Virus record (IMG/VR): IMGVR_UViG_3300017791_000194
Location: 1-64,000 of that record
DNA length: 64,000 nt
Source: a virus
Taxonomy: Duplodnaviria; Caudoviricetes
Reading direction: 5' to 3' (one strand)
Shown here: in pieces, positions 26,619-34,070 of the stretch
Layout of the letters: every line of letters begins with the position of its first letter
How positions within the stretch are numbered: position 1 is the stretch's first letter
Made by a program: the position numbers and the translations under genes
The notes under the pieces: generated by a model
The model's input: only the letters and a program-made list of their open reading frames with translations
Databases searched by the model: none
What the model was told of the DNA's origin: nothing

Positions 26619-26757
26619 CGAGACCCACCTGGTCGCGCTCTGTGAGGGCCACACCGAGGCCGGAGCGCGTGCTGGCTATCAGTGGAACACAGCGCATCGA
26701 CCCGAACTCCGTGTCTACCTGGCTCTCGCAGTGGTGGAAGACACCGAGGATGAATGA
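26410..26757 (+). CDS. HNH-like endonuclease
   Basis: LRQLVLNRD...C...C.GRSTLDHIK...HLVALCEGH. Confidence 0.6.
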   Translation: MARKDPVSPELRQLVLNRDYAAMRAAGLHAKGQTCVAPLVDPSQWGLCWGRSTLDHIKDQARMGLRAPSDETHLVALCEGHTEAGARAGYQWNTAHRPELRVYLALAVVEDTEDE

Positions 26758-26920
26758 CCCAGAGTTCGCCATCTGGCGCTTCTGGGCCTGGTTCAAGCAC
26801 CTGTTCTGGGTCCACACCTGGGTACCCCGCGAAGATTGGAAGATGACCGAGAACGGCGCCGAGATCACGATCATCGGCTACATCTGCTGGCTTTGCCCGG
26901 CCAAGCGAGATCTTGACTGA
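26750..26920 (+). CDS. Small Trp-rich hypothetical protein
   Basis: GAGG RBS; H...CWLC. Confidence 0.4.
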   Translation: MNDPEFAIWRFWAWFKHLFWVHTWVPREDWKMTENGAEITIIGYICWLCPAKRDLD

Positions 26921-27168
26921 TGGGTTACGTCCCGCCGCTTCCGCCGCCCGATCCCGCGTTGATCAGTACCGAGTACGGCCGCCCGCGCGACCTGTTCCGC
27001 CCGAACCTCGACCGGTTCGGGATGCCCCGTGATTTCGCGACATACATGTGGGCGACCTACGGGCCTGGCCGCGACCTCGACCCCGAGCGGCGCCGATTCC
27101 TCTACCCACCGCGCGAAGACCCAGTGTTCGAGCACCACGCCTTCGGCCAGCAGATCTGCATGCGCTGA
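26920..27168 (+). CDS. Hypothetical protein (82 aa)
   Basis: TGATG coupling. Confidence 0.5.
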   Translation: MGYVPPLPPPDPALISTEYGRPRDLFRPNLDRFGMPRDFATYMWATYGPGRDLDPERRRFLYPPREDPVFEHHAFGQQICMR

Positions 27169-27608
27169 TGACCCAGACCGCTGTACAGCGCCGGTTCGTC
27201 CGACTTGCGGGCAGTATGAACGCCCGGGCTGCGAGGCTGGGACGCAACGGCCGGGTCGTCTCGGGTGACCTGCTCAAGGTGTTCCTGCACACCGCCTACC
27301 AATGCCCCTACTGCGGCATTGGGATCACGCCCCTCGATTGCTCGTTTGATCACGTCGTCCCGTTCGATGCTGGCGGCGAAAACGAGAAGGGCAACCTCGT
27401 TGCTTGTTGCCTCAGCTGCCAGCGCCAGAAGGCTCGTCGCTTGGCCCACGAGTTCGCCCTCGCGCGCGCGTACACGGCTTCCTGTGAGGTCTGCGGCCGG
27501 AACTTCAAACCCCGCTGGGCCGACGTCCGCAGAGGCTACGGCACGACCTGCTCTGCGCAATGTGCGGGCAAGAAGGGTCGTGCGATACGATCAGCGAGCG
27601 CGGCGTGA
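27168..27608 (+). CDS. HNH endonuclease with C-terminal zinc finger
   Basis: CPYCG...FDHVVP...GGENEKGNLVACCLSCQRQK; CEVCG...CSAQC. Confidence 0.8.
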   Translation: MTQTAVQRRFVRLAGSMNARAARLGRNGRVVSGDLLKVFLHTAYQCPYCGIGITPLDCSFDHVVPFDAGGENEKGNLVACCLSCQRQKARRLAHEFALARAYTASCEVCGRNFKPRWADVRRGYGTTCSAQCAGKKGRAIRSASAA

Positions 27609-27731
27609 CAAGGCACGCCATGGCCTGGAGTGGTGGGCCAAGGCTAGGTCAGGCTGGGCGAGGTGAGGCTTGGTTCGCTCGGGCGAGCCGTGGCCTGGTG
27701 GAGCGGGGCGAGGCAAGGTAGGGCATGGCAT
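27602..27731 (+). ncRNA. GGY-NN array A6 (26 units)
   Basis: In phase from the HNH stop into the RusA start; ends ggcat ggcat. Confidence 0.7.
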
Positions 27732-28120
27732 GGACCGTCATCATCCCGCGTCCGCCATCGGTCAACAGTCTGTACCGCGTGGTGCTGCGAACAGCGCGAG
27801 ATGGGCGGCGGTTCCACGGGATCGCGAAGACCGAGGAGGGCACACGGTTCCATGAGGACTCGCTCTGGCTTCTGCGGGCGGCGCCGCGCAACGGCTGGAA
27901 ACCACCCGCCGAGGGCTACATCAGGATCAAGGTCCGCCCGTTCCTGGTTCGACCGATCGATTCAGACAACTTGTTGAAGGCCCTGAGCGACGTGATCCAG
28001 GCGGCCATTGGCGTCGATGATTCCAGATTCGTTTGGTGTACGTTCCCGCCCAAACTCGGGGTGCGCAAGGCCGACGCCCGGATCGAGCTTGAAATCCTGG
28101 ACGACGCCGGGCACGATTGA
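27725..28120 (+). CDS. rusA: RusA-like Holliday junction resolvase
   Basis: PPSVNSLY...DSDNLLKALSD...VDDSR. Confidence 0.8.
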   Translation: MAWTVIIPRPPSVNSLYRVVLRTARDGRRFHGIAKTEEGTRFHEDSLWLLRAAPRNGWKPPAEGYIRIKVRPFLVRPIDSDNLLKALSDVIQAAIGVDDSRFVWCTFPPKLGVRKADARIELEILDDAGHD

Positions 28121-28127
28121 CGTTCAT

Positions 28128-28282
28128 GGCGAGGCACGGCCTGCCGAGGCACGGCTGGGGTTGGCTAGGCCGGGCAAGCCGTGGCTAGGCGAGGTCTGGC
28201 TGGGCAAGGCTGGGCTGGGGGAGGCGTGGCGAGGCTAGCCAGGGCTGGGCAAGGCGAGGCAAGGCCGGGTGAGGCGTGGCAA
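28128..28282 (+). ncRNA. GGY-NN array A7 (31 units)
   Basis: Perfect 5-nt phase across 155 nt. Confidence 0.75.
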
Positions 28283-28710
28283 GGGTTGTTGTAGCTGGTT
28301 CTCGGGACATCGAGGATGCTGACGGGGCGGCTTGGTGGCTGTTCGATGTCATTCGCGTGATGGATGACCCGACAGTGATCATGCGGCGCGGCCGGGAGAC
28401 CGAGCCGGGACCGCTCGAAGAGGCCGTGGCGTTCCAGTGTCGCGACTATGGCATCCCGATCGAGTGGCGCGTGCCTGCACCCGGCGGTCGCCAGGAGGTC
28501 TTCAACCGGGACATGGACATGGTCACTGGCGCCGATCTCGTCCTGGCCGTGTTCTCACCGGAGCGAGCGATGTCAGGCGGCACGGCGCACGTCGTCGAGA
28601 AGGCGATGGACATCCGCGTGCCCGCCTACGCCTTCGCGTACACAGGCAGGCTGGAGCGAGTGGGCGAGTTCGACCCAGATGACATCTGGAGCAAACACAT
28701 CAAGCTCTAG
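28276..28710 (+). CDS. SLOG-superfamily (DUF2493/YspA-like) protein
   Basis: VVVAGSRD...RDMDMV...VLAV...SGGTAHVVEKA. Confidence 0.65.
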   Translation: MARVVVAGSRDIEDADGAAWWLFDVIRVMDDPTVIMRRGRETEPGPLEEAVAFQCRDYGIPIEWRVPAPGGRQEVFNRDMDMVTGADLVLAVFSPERAMSGGTAHVVEKAMDIRVPAYAFAYTGRLERVGEFDPDDIWSKHIKL

Positions 28711-28922
28711 ACTCTGGCTGTATACCAGCGCCCGGGAAACAGGTGGGGGTCGACGGTATCGGCTGCGACGCCTTCGGGACGCAAGCCGGGCTGGCGCAGA
28801 GACAACAGACATGTGGCTCGCTCCCACGGAAGCGCCGGGGTTGATGAGAGGCCCGGCGTGGCAACGCCAGTAGCTCCGTCCCGTGAGGTGCCTGCTGTAA
28901 TCGGGGTCGGCGCTGGTATACA

Positions 28923-29366
28923 GTGCGCGCGATGGACGCGACCGCGCAGATGCTCACCCAGTCGGAGCGCCTGCTCAAGCACTTCCGTGCAGAGTTCGAG
29001 CGCGAGATCCCGATCCGCATCCACAGTCGCGACACAGCCGACGACGGAGCGCCGCAATGGCACCCCGAGTTCGCCCGCTGGTTGACCGCGAAGGAGTCCG
29101 ACACCAACAGCTACATCACCAACGGCGAGCATCGGCTCCGGACAAGGCGTGCGATGCGCAAGCTGCGCGGCACCTCGATTCGGGGCTTCGAGGTAACCTG
29201 GCGAGTCTTCGGTGGCGAACGTGTGGAGGACACCGCCCGATGGCTCAACGACCGCGCCGAGCGCAACGCACTGCCGCTCCCGCCAGGGCGAACGACCCAC
29301 TACCGAACGAAGGACGCGCTGGCCATCCTGTACGCCTCACTGCTCTTCATGGAGTGGGCGTACTAG
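28923..29366 (+). CDS. Hypothetical protein, possible transcription regulator
   Basis: ORF track; position before the late boundary; function inferred only weakly. Confidence 0.5.
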   Translation: MRAMDATAQMLTQSERLLKHFRAEFEREIPIRIHSRDTADDGAPQWHPEFARWLTAKESDTNSYITNGEHRLRTRRAMRKLRGTSIRGFEVTWRVFGGERVEDTARWLNDRAERNALPLPPGRTTHYRTKDALAILYASLLFMEWAY

Positions 29367-29373
29367 GCACATT

Positions 29374-29513
29374 GGCGAGGCGTGCCGTGGCTGGCCAGGG
29401 TCTGGCATGGCGGGGCAGGGCGAGGCGGGGTCTGGCTTGGTTCGGCATGGCTAGGTCAGGCGTGGCCAGCCACGGCTGGGCTCGGCGCGGCATGGCGGGG
29501 CTTGGCATGGTGA
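29374..29513 (+). ncRNA. GGY-NN array A8 (28 units)
   Basis: Perfect phase; ends ggctt ggcat ggtga. Confidence 0.75.
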
Positions 29514-30016
29514 TCTTGCTGGCGGCGCCAGCCACCGCGGTGGCGCCGTCAGCACCTCGATCGATCCCTGACGCGGCGTTCGCGCCGGTGACCGTTCCGC
29601 AGGTCATCTACGATTTCCCCGAGCCAATGCCCGGGCAGCGGCCGGTGATCAAGCTGCCGAACAAGCCGATCGTTGAGGTGCAGCACCATGTAGATCGATC
29701 ACGACCGGAAGCTTCCATCGGCCGGTCGATTTCTGGGCAAGCCAGCTGGTATTGCCGCGCTGGTGTCTCGGCTTGCCGCTACGCCTACCCAGACGGGCCA
29801 GGCTTCGATGCCTATGCCGCAGCTGGCCCGAAGCTCCGTGCGGCGCTCGGCGACTGGCGCGGCCGGGTCGTCACCGTCAACGGCATCCGCGTGAAGCTCA
29901 TCGACTGGTGTCAGTGCTCGAAGGGCAAGCCGGGCGAGAAGATCATCGATCTGTACTTCGATGTTGCCCGTGCTCTGGGCATCACCGGAGTCGGCCCGGT
30001 CACGATACGCTGGTAG
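29507..30016 (+). CDS. RlpA-like double-psi beta-barrel protein (putative lytic transglycosylase)
   Basis: GQASWY...AAA...KLIDWC...IIDLYFDVARALG...VGPVTIRW. Confidence 0.65.
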   Translation: MVILLAAPATAVAPSAPRSIPDAAFAPVTVPQVIYDFPEPMPGQRPVIKLPNKPIVEVQHHVDRSRPEASIGRSISGQASWYCRAGVSACRYAYPDGPGFDAYAAAGPKLRAALGDWRGRVVTVNGIRVKLIDWCQCSKGKPGEKIIDLYFDVARALGITGVGPVTIRW

Positions 30017-30113
30017 GCCGTGGCGCGGCCGGGCAGGGCAAGGCCTGAGCGGGCCGGGGCTCGGCGAGGCAGGGCAAGGTGGGGCTGGGCTAGGGCGTGG
30101 CATGGCATGGCAT
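30017..30113 (+). ncRNA. GGY-NN array A9 (about 19 units)
   Basis: TACGCT-ggtag-GCCGT leader nearly identical to A1; ends ggcat x3. Confidence 0.7.
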
Positions 30114-30120
30114 GGAACGC

Positions 30121-30148
30121 TTGACAACCTGACTGAACGTGTTAGCCT
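30121..30148 (+). promoter_or_regulatory. Promoter upstream of the tRNA region
   Basis: TTGACA, 16 nt, TAGCCT with a TGn extension. Confidence 0.55.
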
Positions 30149-30382
30149 GCCATTCCTGGTCAGATTTCCAATGGACCGGAGGACTGATCAGGTAGAGTGC
30201 TTGCCCCTGGACGGACAAGGCTTTGGCCCCGAGCAAATAGGGCTTGCCCCCTGAAGCGCACAACGGGGATGGGTAGCGAGTGGTCCAGGGGCATCCGAAG
30301 GAGGCTCTCGATGTTCACGCGATAGGGACGGCATCACGAAGTGCCGTCCACATGACGGCCGCCGTCCCGCGCAAGGGACATC

Positions 30383-30574
30383 ATGGGCGTCGACAAGCAA
30401 TCCAAGAAGGTCAAGAGGGCAACCCTCTCGGCCAAGCCGCGCTACGGGGGCGACCCGTACGTGGACCGTCACGGAGTGTCAACCGAAAATCATCTTCAGC
30501 TCTGGCGTCGCCTGGTGGCGAACGGACCCGTGATGCACGGGCCTCCGGGCCCACCGCGACCCCACAAGAGCTGA
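30383..30574 (+). CDS. Small basic protein (63 aa)
   Basis: ORF track; AAGGGA upstream. Confidence 0.4.
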   Translation: MGVDKQSKKVKRATLSAKPRYGGDPYVDRHGVSTENHLQLWRRLVANGPVMHGPPGPPRPHKS

Positions 30575-30649
30575 ACCACGCCACGCCATGCCTGGGCTTG
30601 CCTCGCCGTGCCGAGCCATGGCCCACCGTGCCCGGCCTGGCCTCGCCAA
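30575..30649 (-). ncRNA. GGY-NN array A10 (15 units), divergent from tRNA-Gln
   Basis: TATGAT (30662-30657) upstream on the minus strand. Confidence 0.65.
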
Positions 30650-30663
30650 GATGTTCATCATAG

Positions 30664-30739
30664 TGCCGGGTGGCCAAGTAGGTAAGGCACCGCGCTCTGA
30701 ACGCGGCAATCGCTGGTTCGAGTCCAGCCCCGGCAACCA
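30664..30739 (+). tRNA. tRNA-Gln (CTG)
   Basis: UGCCGGG/CCCGGCA acceptor, CCGCG-CT-CTG-AA-CGCGG, GGTTCGAGTCC, encoded CCA. Confidence 0.92.
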
Positions 30740-30877
30740 ATCAACATGGCGGCAGACGGGATGTCCGCGGCAGTCCCGCCAACCAGACAGAGACGGTGAG
30801 ACCGGACCCGGTTCCGCCCGGGCGAGCACTCTGCCGATCGAAGGACCGAGCCCAGGGTCGTGGGCAGCCGTCTCCAT

Positions 30878-30962
30878 GGCATAGGGAAGCGCTGGGGTCA
30901 GCGCGCTGGCTGGTGAGTGCCTCGACAGCCAGAGGTCTGGGTTCGAGTCCCGGCCCTGTGCC
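30878..30962 (+). ncRNA. tRNA-like element with extended anticodon arm
   Basis: GGCATAGGG/CCCTGTGCC stem, GCGC D-stem, CTGGCTG-13 nt-CAGCCAG, CTGGG-TTCGAGT-CCCGG; no CCA. Confidence 0.6.
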
Positions 30963-30968
30963 GCCTTC

Positions 30969-31044
30969 GCCGACGTAGCTCAGTGGACAGAGCGGCTGGT
31001 TTCTACCCAGCATGTCGCGGGTTCGACTCCTGCCGTCGGCGCCA
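30969..31044 (+). tRNA. tRNA-Arg (TCT)
   Basis: GCCGACG/CGTCGGC, GCTGG-TT-TCT-AC-CCAGC, encoded CCA. Confidence 0.92.
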
Positions 31045-31047
31045 TCG

Positions 31048-31124
31048 GGGCGGCTAGCTCAGTTGGTCAGAGCATCTGGTCGACATCCAGAAGGCCGCTG
31101 GTTCAAGTCCAGCGCCGCCCACCA
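31048..31124 (+). tRNA. tRNA-Val (GAC)
   Basis: GGGCGGC/GCCGCCC, TCTGG-TC-GAC-AT-CCAGA, encoded CCA. Confidence 0.92.
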
Positions 31125-31134
31125 GGACAAACTG

Positions 31135-31186
31135 AAACCCCCTGGACTGACAGACCCTTGCGGGGCTGCCCTTCCAGGGGGTTTTT
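31135..31186. terminator. Bidirectional intrinsic terminator
   Basis: AAACCCCCTGGA...TCCAGGGGGTTT followed by TT. Confidence 0.7.
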
Positions 31187-31481
31187 ACATGGTGGCGGGA
31201 CTGCCTACCCGCACGGACGTCGCGACTTGTGGTTCAAGTACAACTTGCGTCCGACACACCCGTCGTCAGTGGCTAGCTGACTAGTCGTTCAGAGATCACC
31301 TCCCTCGCCATCAACCCTTTGGTCGATGGTCCGGGTCTCCTCCACCTGCGCGCCTCACCCTCGTAGGCCTTGACAACGCTGGCGTTTCCTGAACCGGGCG
31401 CTCCGTTTCACCAGGGGCCGCGAAGCCCCGGTCATTCCGGCATCACCCTGCGATGCTCCGTCGAACACCGCATTGTCAAGC

Positions 31482-31511
31482 ATTCTAGGTGTGTTCTGGT
31501 AGGCTTGTCAA
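31482..31511 (-). promoter_or_regulatory. Near-consensus leftward promoter
   Basis: TTGACA, 18 nt, TAGAAT. Confidence 0.65.
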
Positions 31512-31517
31512 GCAAGC

Positions 31518-31607
31518 GGCGCGGCTAGGTTGGGCTAGCCGTGGCTGGGCATGGTGCGGCGTGGCTGGGCAGGGCATGGCTAGGTGTGGCCCGGTCAGGC
31601 TGGGCGT
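31518..31607 (+). ncRNA. GGY-NN array A11 (18 units)
   Basis: Perfect phase; convergent with the end of the late operon. Confidence 0.75.
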
Positions 31608-31789
31608 CTTCGAGCACGGACGAGTTCCGTGCCGCAGTGCGGGCACGGCTCAGCCTTCTCACCAGGCAGCTTCAACCTGCCGTAGTAGGCGGTGCATTTT
31701 GGGCACCGCAACGGCAAGCCGTGGGGCTGCGCGAGGGCTTCTGGGGCGAGTGGGCGACGGGGCCGACGGTACAGCCCCGGCCCGGTCAA
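31595..31789 (-). CDS. Zinc-ribbon protein (64 aa)
   Basis: CPKC...CPHCG. Confidence 0.5.
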   Translation of the reverse strand: MTGPGLYRRPRRPLAPEALAQPHGLPLRCPKCTAYYGRLKLPGEKAEPCPHCGTELVRARRRPA

Positions 31790-32256
31790 CCGTCTGGAGG
31801 AAGGGGCACCCCGTCGGTGCCATCAGTGGGCATTTCAGAAGACACCTCAGGCGGGATCATGGACTTGATGATGCCGCGCGTTCGGATCGCGTAGTAGATC
31901 GTGGCCGCCAGAAACGCGACCGTCACAATCCCGGAGACAAACGAGCGGGCAACTGGATCTGGCAGAGGCAGATCGACGAGCTTGTAGCGAGTCAGGATCG
32001 TCCCCACGATGACATAGGCGAACCAGGTGAAGGTCAGCAGCTTGAGGCTATTGGCATCAAGCAGCATCCGAAAAAACTGAGATCGGGGCCGCGGGGTCGA
32101 GTAGTAGATGCGGTAGAGATCGAGGAGGGCCACAATCGCCCCCAAGAACGTCGTCACGATGGACACAGTGATCGCGATGCCTGGGTCAACGCCGATCGCC
32201 AGAGCGATCACCGTTGGCACCATGAGCAGCGCCACGATCAGTGCGTAGAGCTTCAC
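31786..32256 (-). CDS. Multi-TM membrane protein (lysis region)
   Basis: About four hydrophobic segments. Confidence 0.6.
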   Translation of the reverse strand: MKLYALIVALLMVPTVIALAIGVDPGIAITVSIVTTFLGAIVALLDLYRIYYSTPRPRSQFFRMLLDANSLKLLTFTWFAYVIVGTILTRYKLVDLPLPDPVARSFVSGIVTVAFLAATIYYAIRTRGIIKSMIPPEVSSEMPTDGTDGVPLPPDG

Positions 32257-32462
32257 CCGCTACCTCTCCGTTTCGCGACAACCTGAAAGACCTGGTCGGC
32301 AGTGGCCAATGCTCGTTTGGTCGCCTCGGCTTGGGCCTGAAGGCGCTGACGATGTCGTCGCTCTGCTTCGGCGAGTGCCTTGTGCTCTTCGTCTGGCACC
32401 TTGGGATTCTGACGAAGGAACATGGTGGCCACCTGCTGTAGAAGCTTCATCAACGACATCAT
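32253..32462 (-). CDS. Small helical protein
   Basis: Coupled ORF. Confidence 0.5.
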   Translation of the reverse strand: MMSLMKLLQQVATMFLRQNPKVPDEEHKALAEAERRHRQRLQAQAEATKRALATADQVFQVVAKRRGSG

Positions 32463-32794
32463 CGTCGCACACCCCCGTTCGGGGAAGTGTCCTGTAACCT
32501 GCGAATGATCTCCTCAACGGCCTCTTTTAGCGCCGTCTCGCGCTGTTTTCGCAAGGCTTCCACAGAACCCGTGAGGGCCTGCACGGCAACGGTCAGATCG
32601 GCCATGCCCTTGCTGGATGTTTCGGCGATCGACTGCCATCGATCACGCGCCGTTTTGACGTCGAGGATGTACTCCCGGACGAGCGAGAGCAGGACTTTGC
32701 CGCCGTACCAAATCAGCAGGATCGCCGCGACTGTGAGCCCGAGGGGCCCCAGGAGCTGGTCGAAGGGGATTGTGTCGGCGGTGACGACTGGCAC
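32459..32794 (-). CDS. Membrane protein with coiled coil (holin/lysis accessory)
   Basis: N-terminal TM segment plus heptad C-terminus. Confidence 0.55.
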   Translation of the reverse strand: MPVVTADTIPFDQLLGPLGLTVAAILLIWYGGKVLLSLVREYILDVKTARDRWQSIAETSSKGMADLTVAVQALTGSVEALRKQRETALKEAVEEIIRRLQDTSPNGGVRR

Positions 32795-32813
32795 AACAAC
32801 CCCCTCCGATCAC

Positions 32814-33230
32814 CTACTTCGATGTACCGGACAGGCTCGCGGCCACGCCAGAGGGCTTGAGCGCCTTGTCGTAGAACGCTGAGGTGAAACCTGCCAGGTT
32901 GACCCACGCCATGAATGTAAGGAACCCACTGGCGACGGTCAGCTGAGCACCGGTCTGGTTGAACGCAATCGCGATCAACACCGCATCGACGATCATCGAG
33001 AACACGCTCTCGTGGCCAGGCACGAGCGGAAGGCGCTTCGCAACCTCAAGGATCGAGGACACGATCGCGCCCGCAATGGGGATACCGCCTGCGGTCAGCA
33101 GAAGCGCGAAGTCAATGGTCTGTGGGTCGACGACCTCGCTCGTTGTCGCGAGGACGATCCCCGCGAGTAGGGACATGGCTGACGCTGCGAGGAGCAGCGC
33201 CACGCCGACGATCTTGATGTTCCTTGCCAT
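32814..33230 (-). CDS. Putative holin
   Basis: 3-4 TM segments, next to the peptidase gene. Confidence 0.5.
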   Translation of the reverse strand: MARNIKIVGVALLLAASAMSLLAGIVLATTSEVVDPQTIDFALLLTAGGIPIAGAIVSSILEVAKRLPLVPGHESVFSMIVDAVLIAIAFNQTGAQLTVASGFLTFMAWVNLAGFTSAFYDKALKPSGVAASLSGTSK

Positions 33231-33260
33231 CTCTCTCCTCTCCTCTTTCTGTCGCGTGAC

Positions 33261-34049
33261 TCAGAAGTCAACCGTCCGATGGATCACGCGAGCACGCCAG
33301 ATGTGCGTGTAGGGCAGGGCGACCCGCCCGTTGACGCCATAGTCAGTGCCCCATGAGTTCTGGAACCAGATCCCAATGTTGTCGTTGTAGCCGTAGCACC
33401 AGATCTCGTGGTAGCCGATGAAGTAGTCGGGCGCGGGCAGCTTGCCCGACGCCAGCGGGTGCTCCCAGCTGTGGAAGAACGGCAGCAGAAACAAGACGCC
33501 ATGGTCATGGCTGATCGCGGTCTTGATCGCGTTGACGGTCTTGTCCAGGACGATCGCCTTCCTGATCCGGTGGACCGAAGCATGCGGCGTCGAATCGTCC
33601 TCGGGGTAACCCCGGTCGATGCGCTCTTGATTGGCGGCGTCGATCGATGCGCCGTAGGCGTTGCCGCCGATGCGGTAGAAGAACTTCTCCTCGTCGAGGT
33701 CGAAGAACTGGCCCAGCTCCGGCCGGTCGTGCTGGTTCTGGTCGTAGGCACTGGCGTGCGCCACGCACCGAGGTGTCGTCCCTTGGTTGGTGACCGGGGG
33801 CCGCGTCTTGAGCGGGATGTAGTCGTACGACGGATAGCCCGCTCCAGCGAGCGGTGAGCCAGCCAGAGCGAGGACCGGCCCTGCCTCGACGTCCTCGTCA
33901 GCGTCCGGATCTTCGGCCTTCTTGTCGATGAGACCAGGCAGCACGATCACGCCACGGCCGTGCTCATGTGGGCCATGGCCATTGTCCTTTTTGCCGTGTT
34001 CCTTTGACTTTTCCTTCGGCTTCTGCTTGTCATCCCATGGACTAGGCAT
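33261..34049 (-). CDS. Papain-like (C1A) cysteine peptidase, endolysin candidate
   Basis: QGTTPRCVAHA, YHEIWCYGY, FQNSWG.DYG.NG. Confidence 0.8.
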   Translation of the reverse strand: MPSPWDDKQKPKEKSKEHGKKDNGHGPHEHGRGVIVLPGLIDKKAEDPDADEDVEAGPVLALAGSPLAGAGYPSYDYIPLKTRPPVTNQGTTPRCVAHASAYDQNQHDRPELGQFFDLDEEKFFYRIGGNAYGASIDAANQERIDRGYPEDDSTPHASVHRIRKAIVLDKTVNAIKTAISHDHGVLFLLPFFHSWEHPLASGKLPAPDYFIGYHEIWCYGYNDNIGIWFQNSWGTDYGVNGRVALPYTHIWRARVIHRTVDF

Positions 34050-34070
34050 CCTGATGGTTCTCCTTTCCGC

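Noticed and set aside
30740-30790. HDV-like (theta) ribozyme after tRNA-Gln
   Set aside because: Could not build the nested double pseudoknot by eye; needs a descriptor search.
18840-31894. ORFs or N-terminal extensions translating the arrays (18840-19145, 21068, 21112, 21180, 21524, 22417, 27649-27670, 28008, 29057, 29961, 30588, 31489, 31541; also 61334)
   Set aside because: A 5-nt period gives ARxG/GxAW-like peptides in all frames and both strands; real RBS or coupled starts lie outside or at the array ends.
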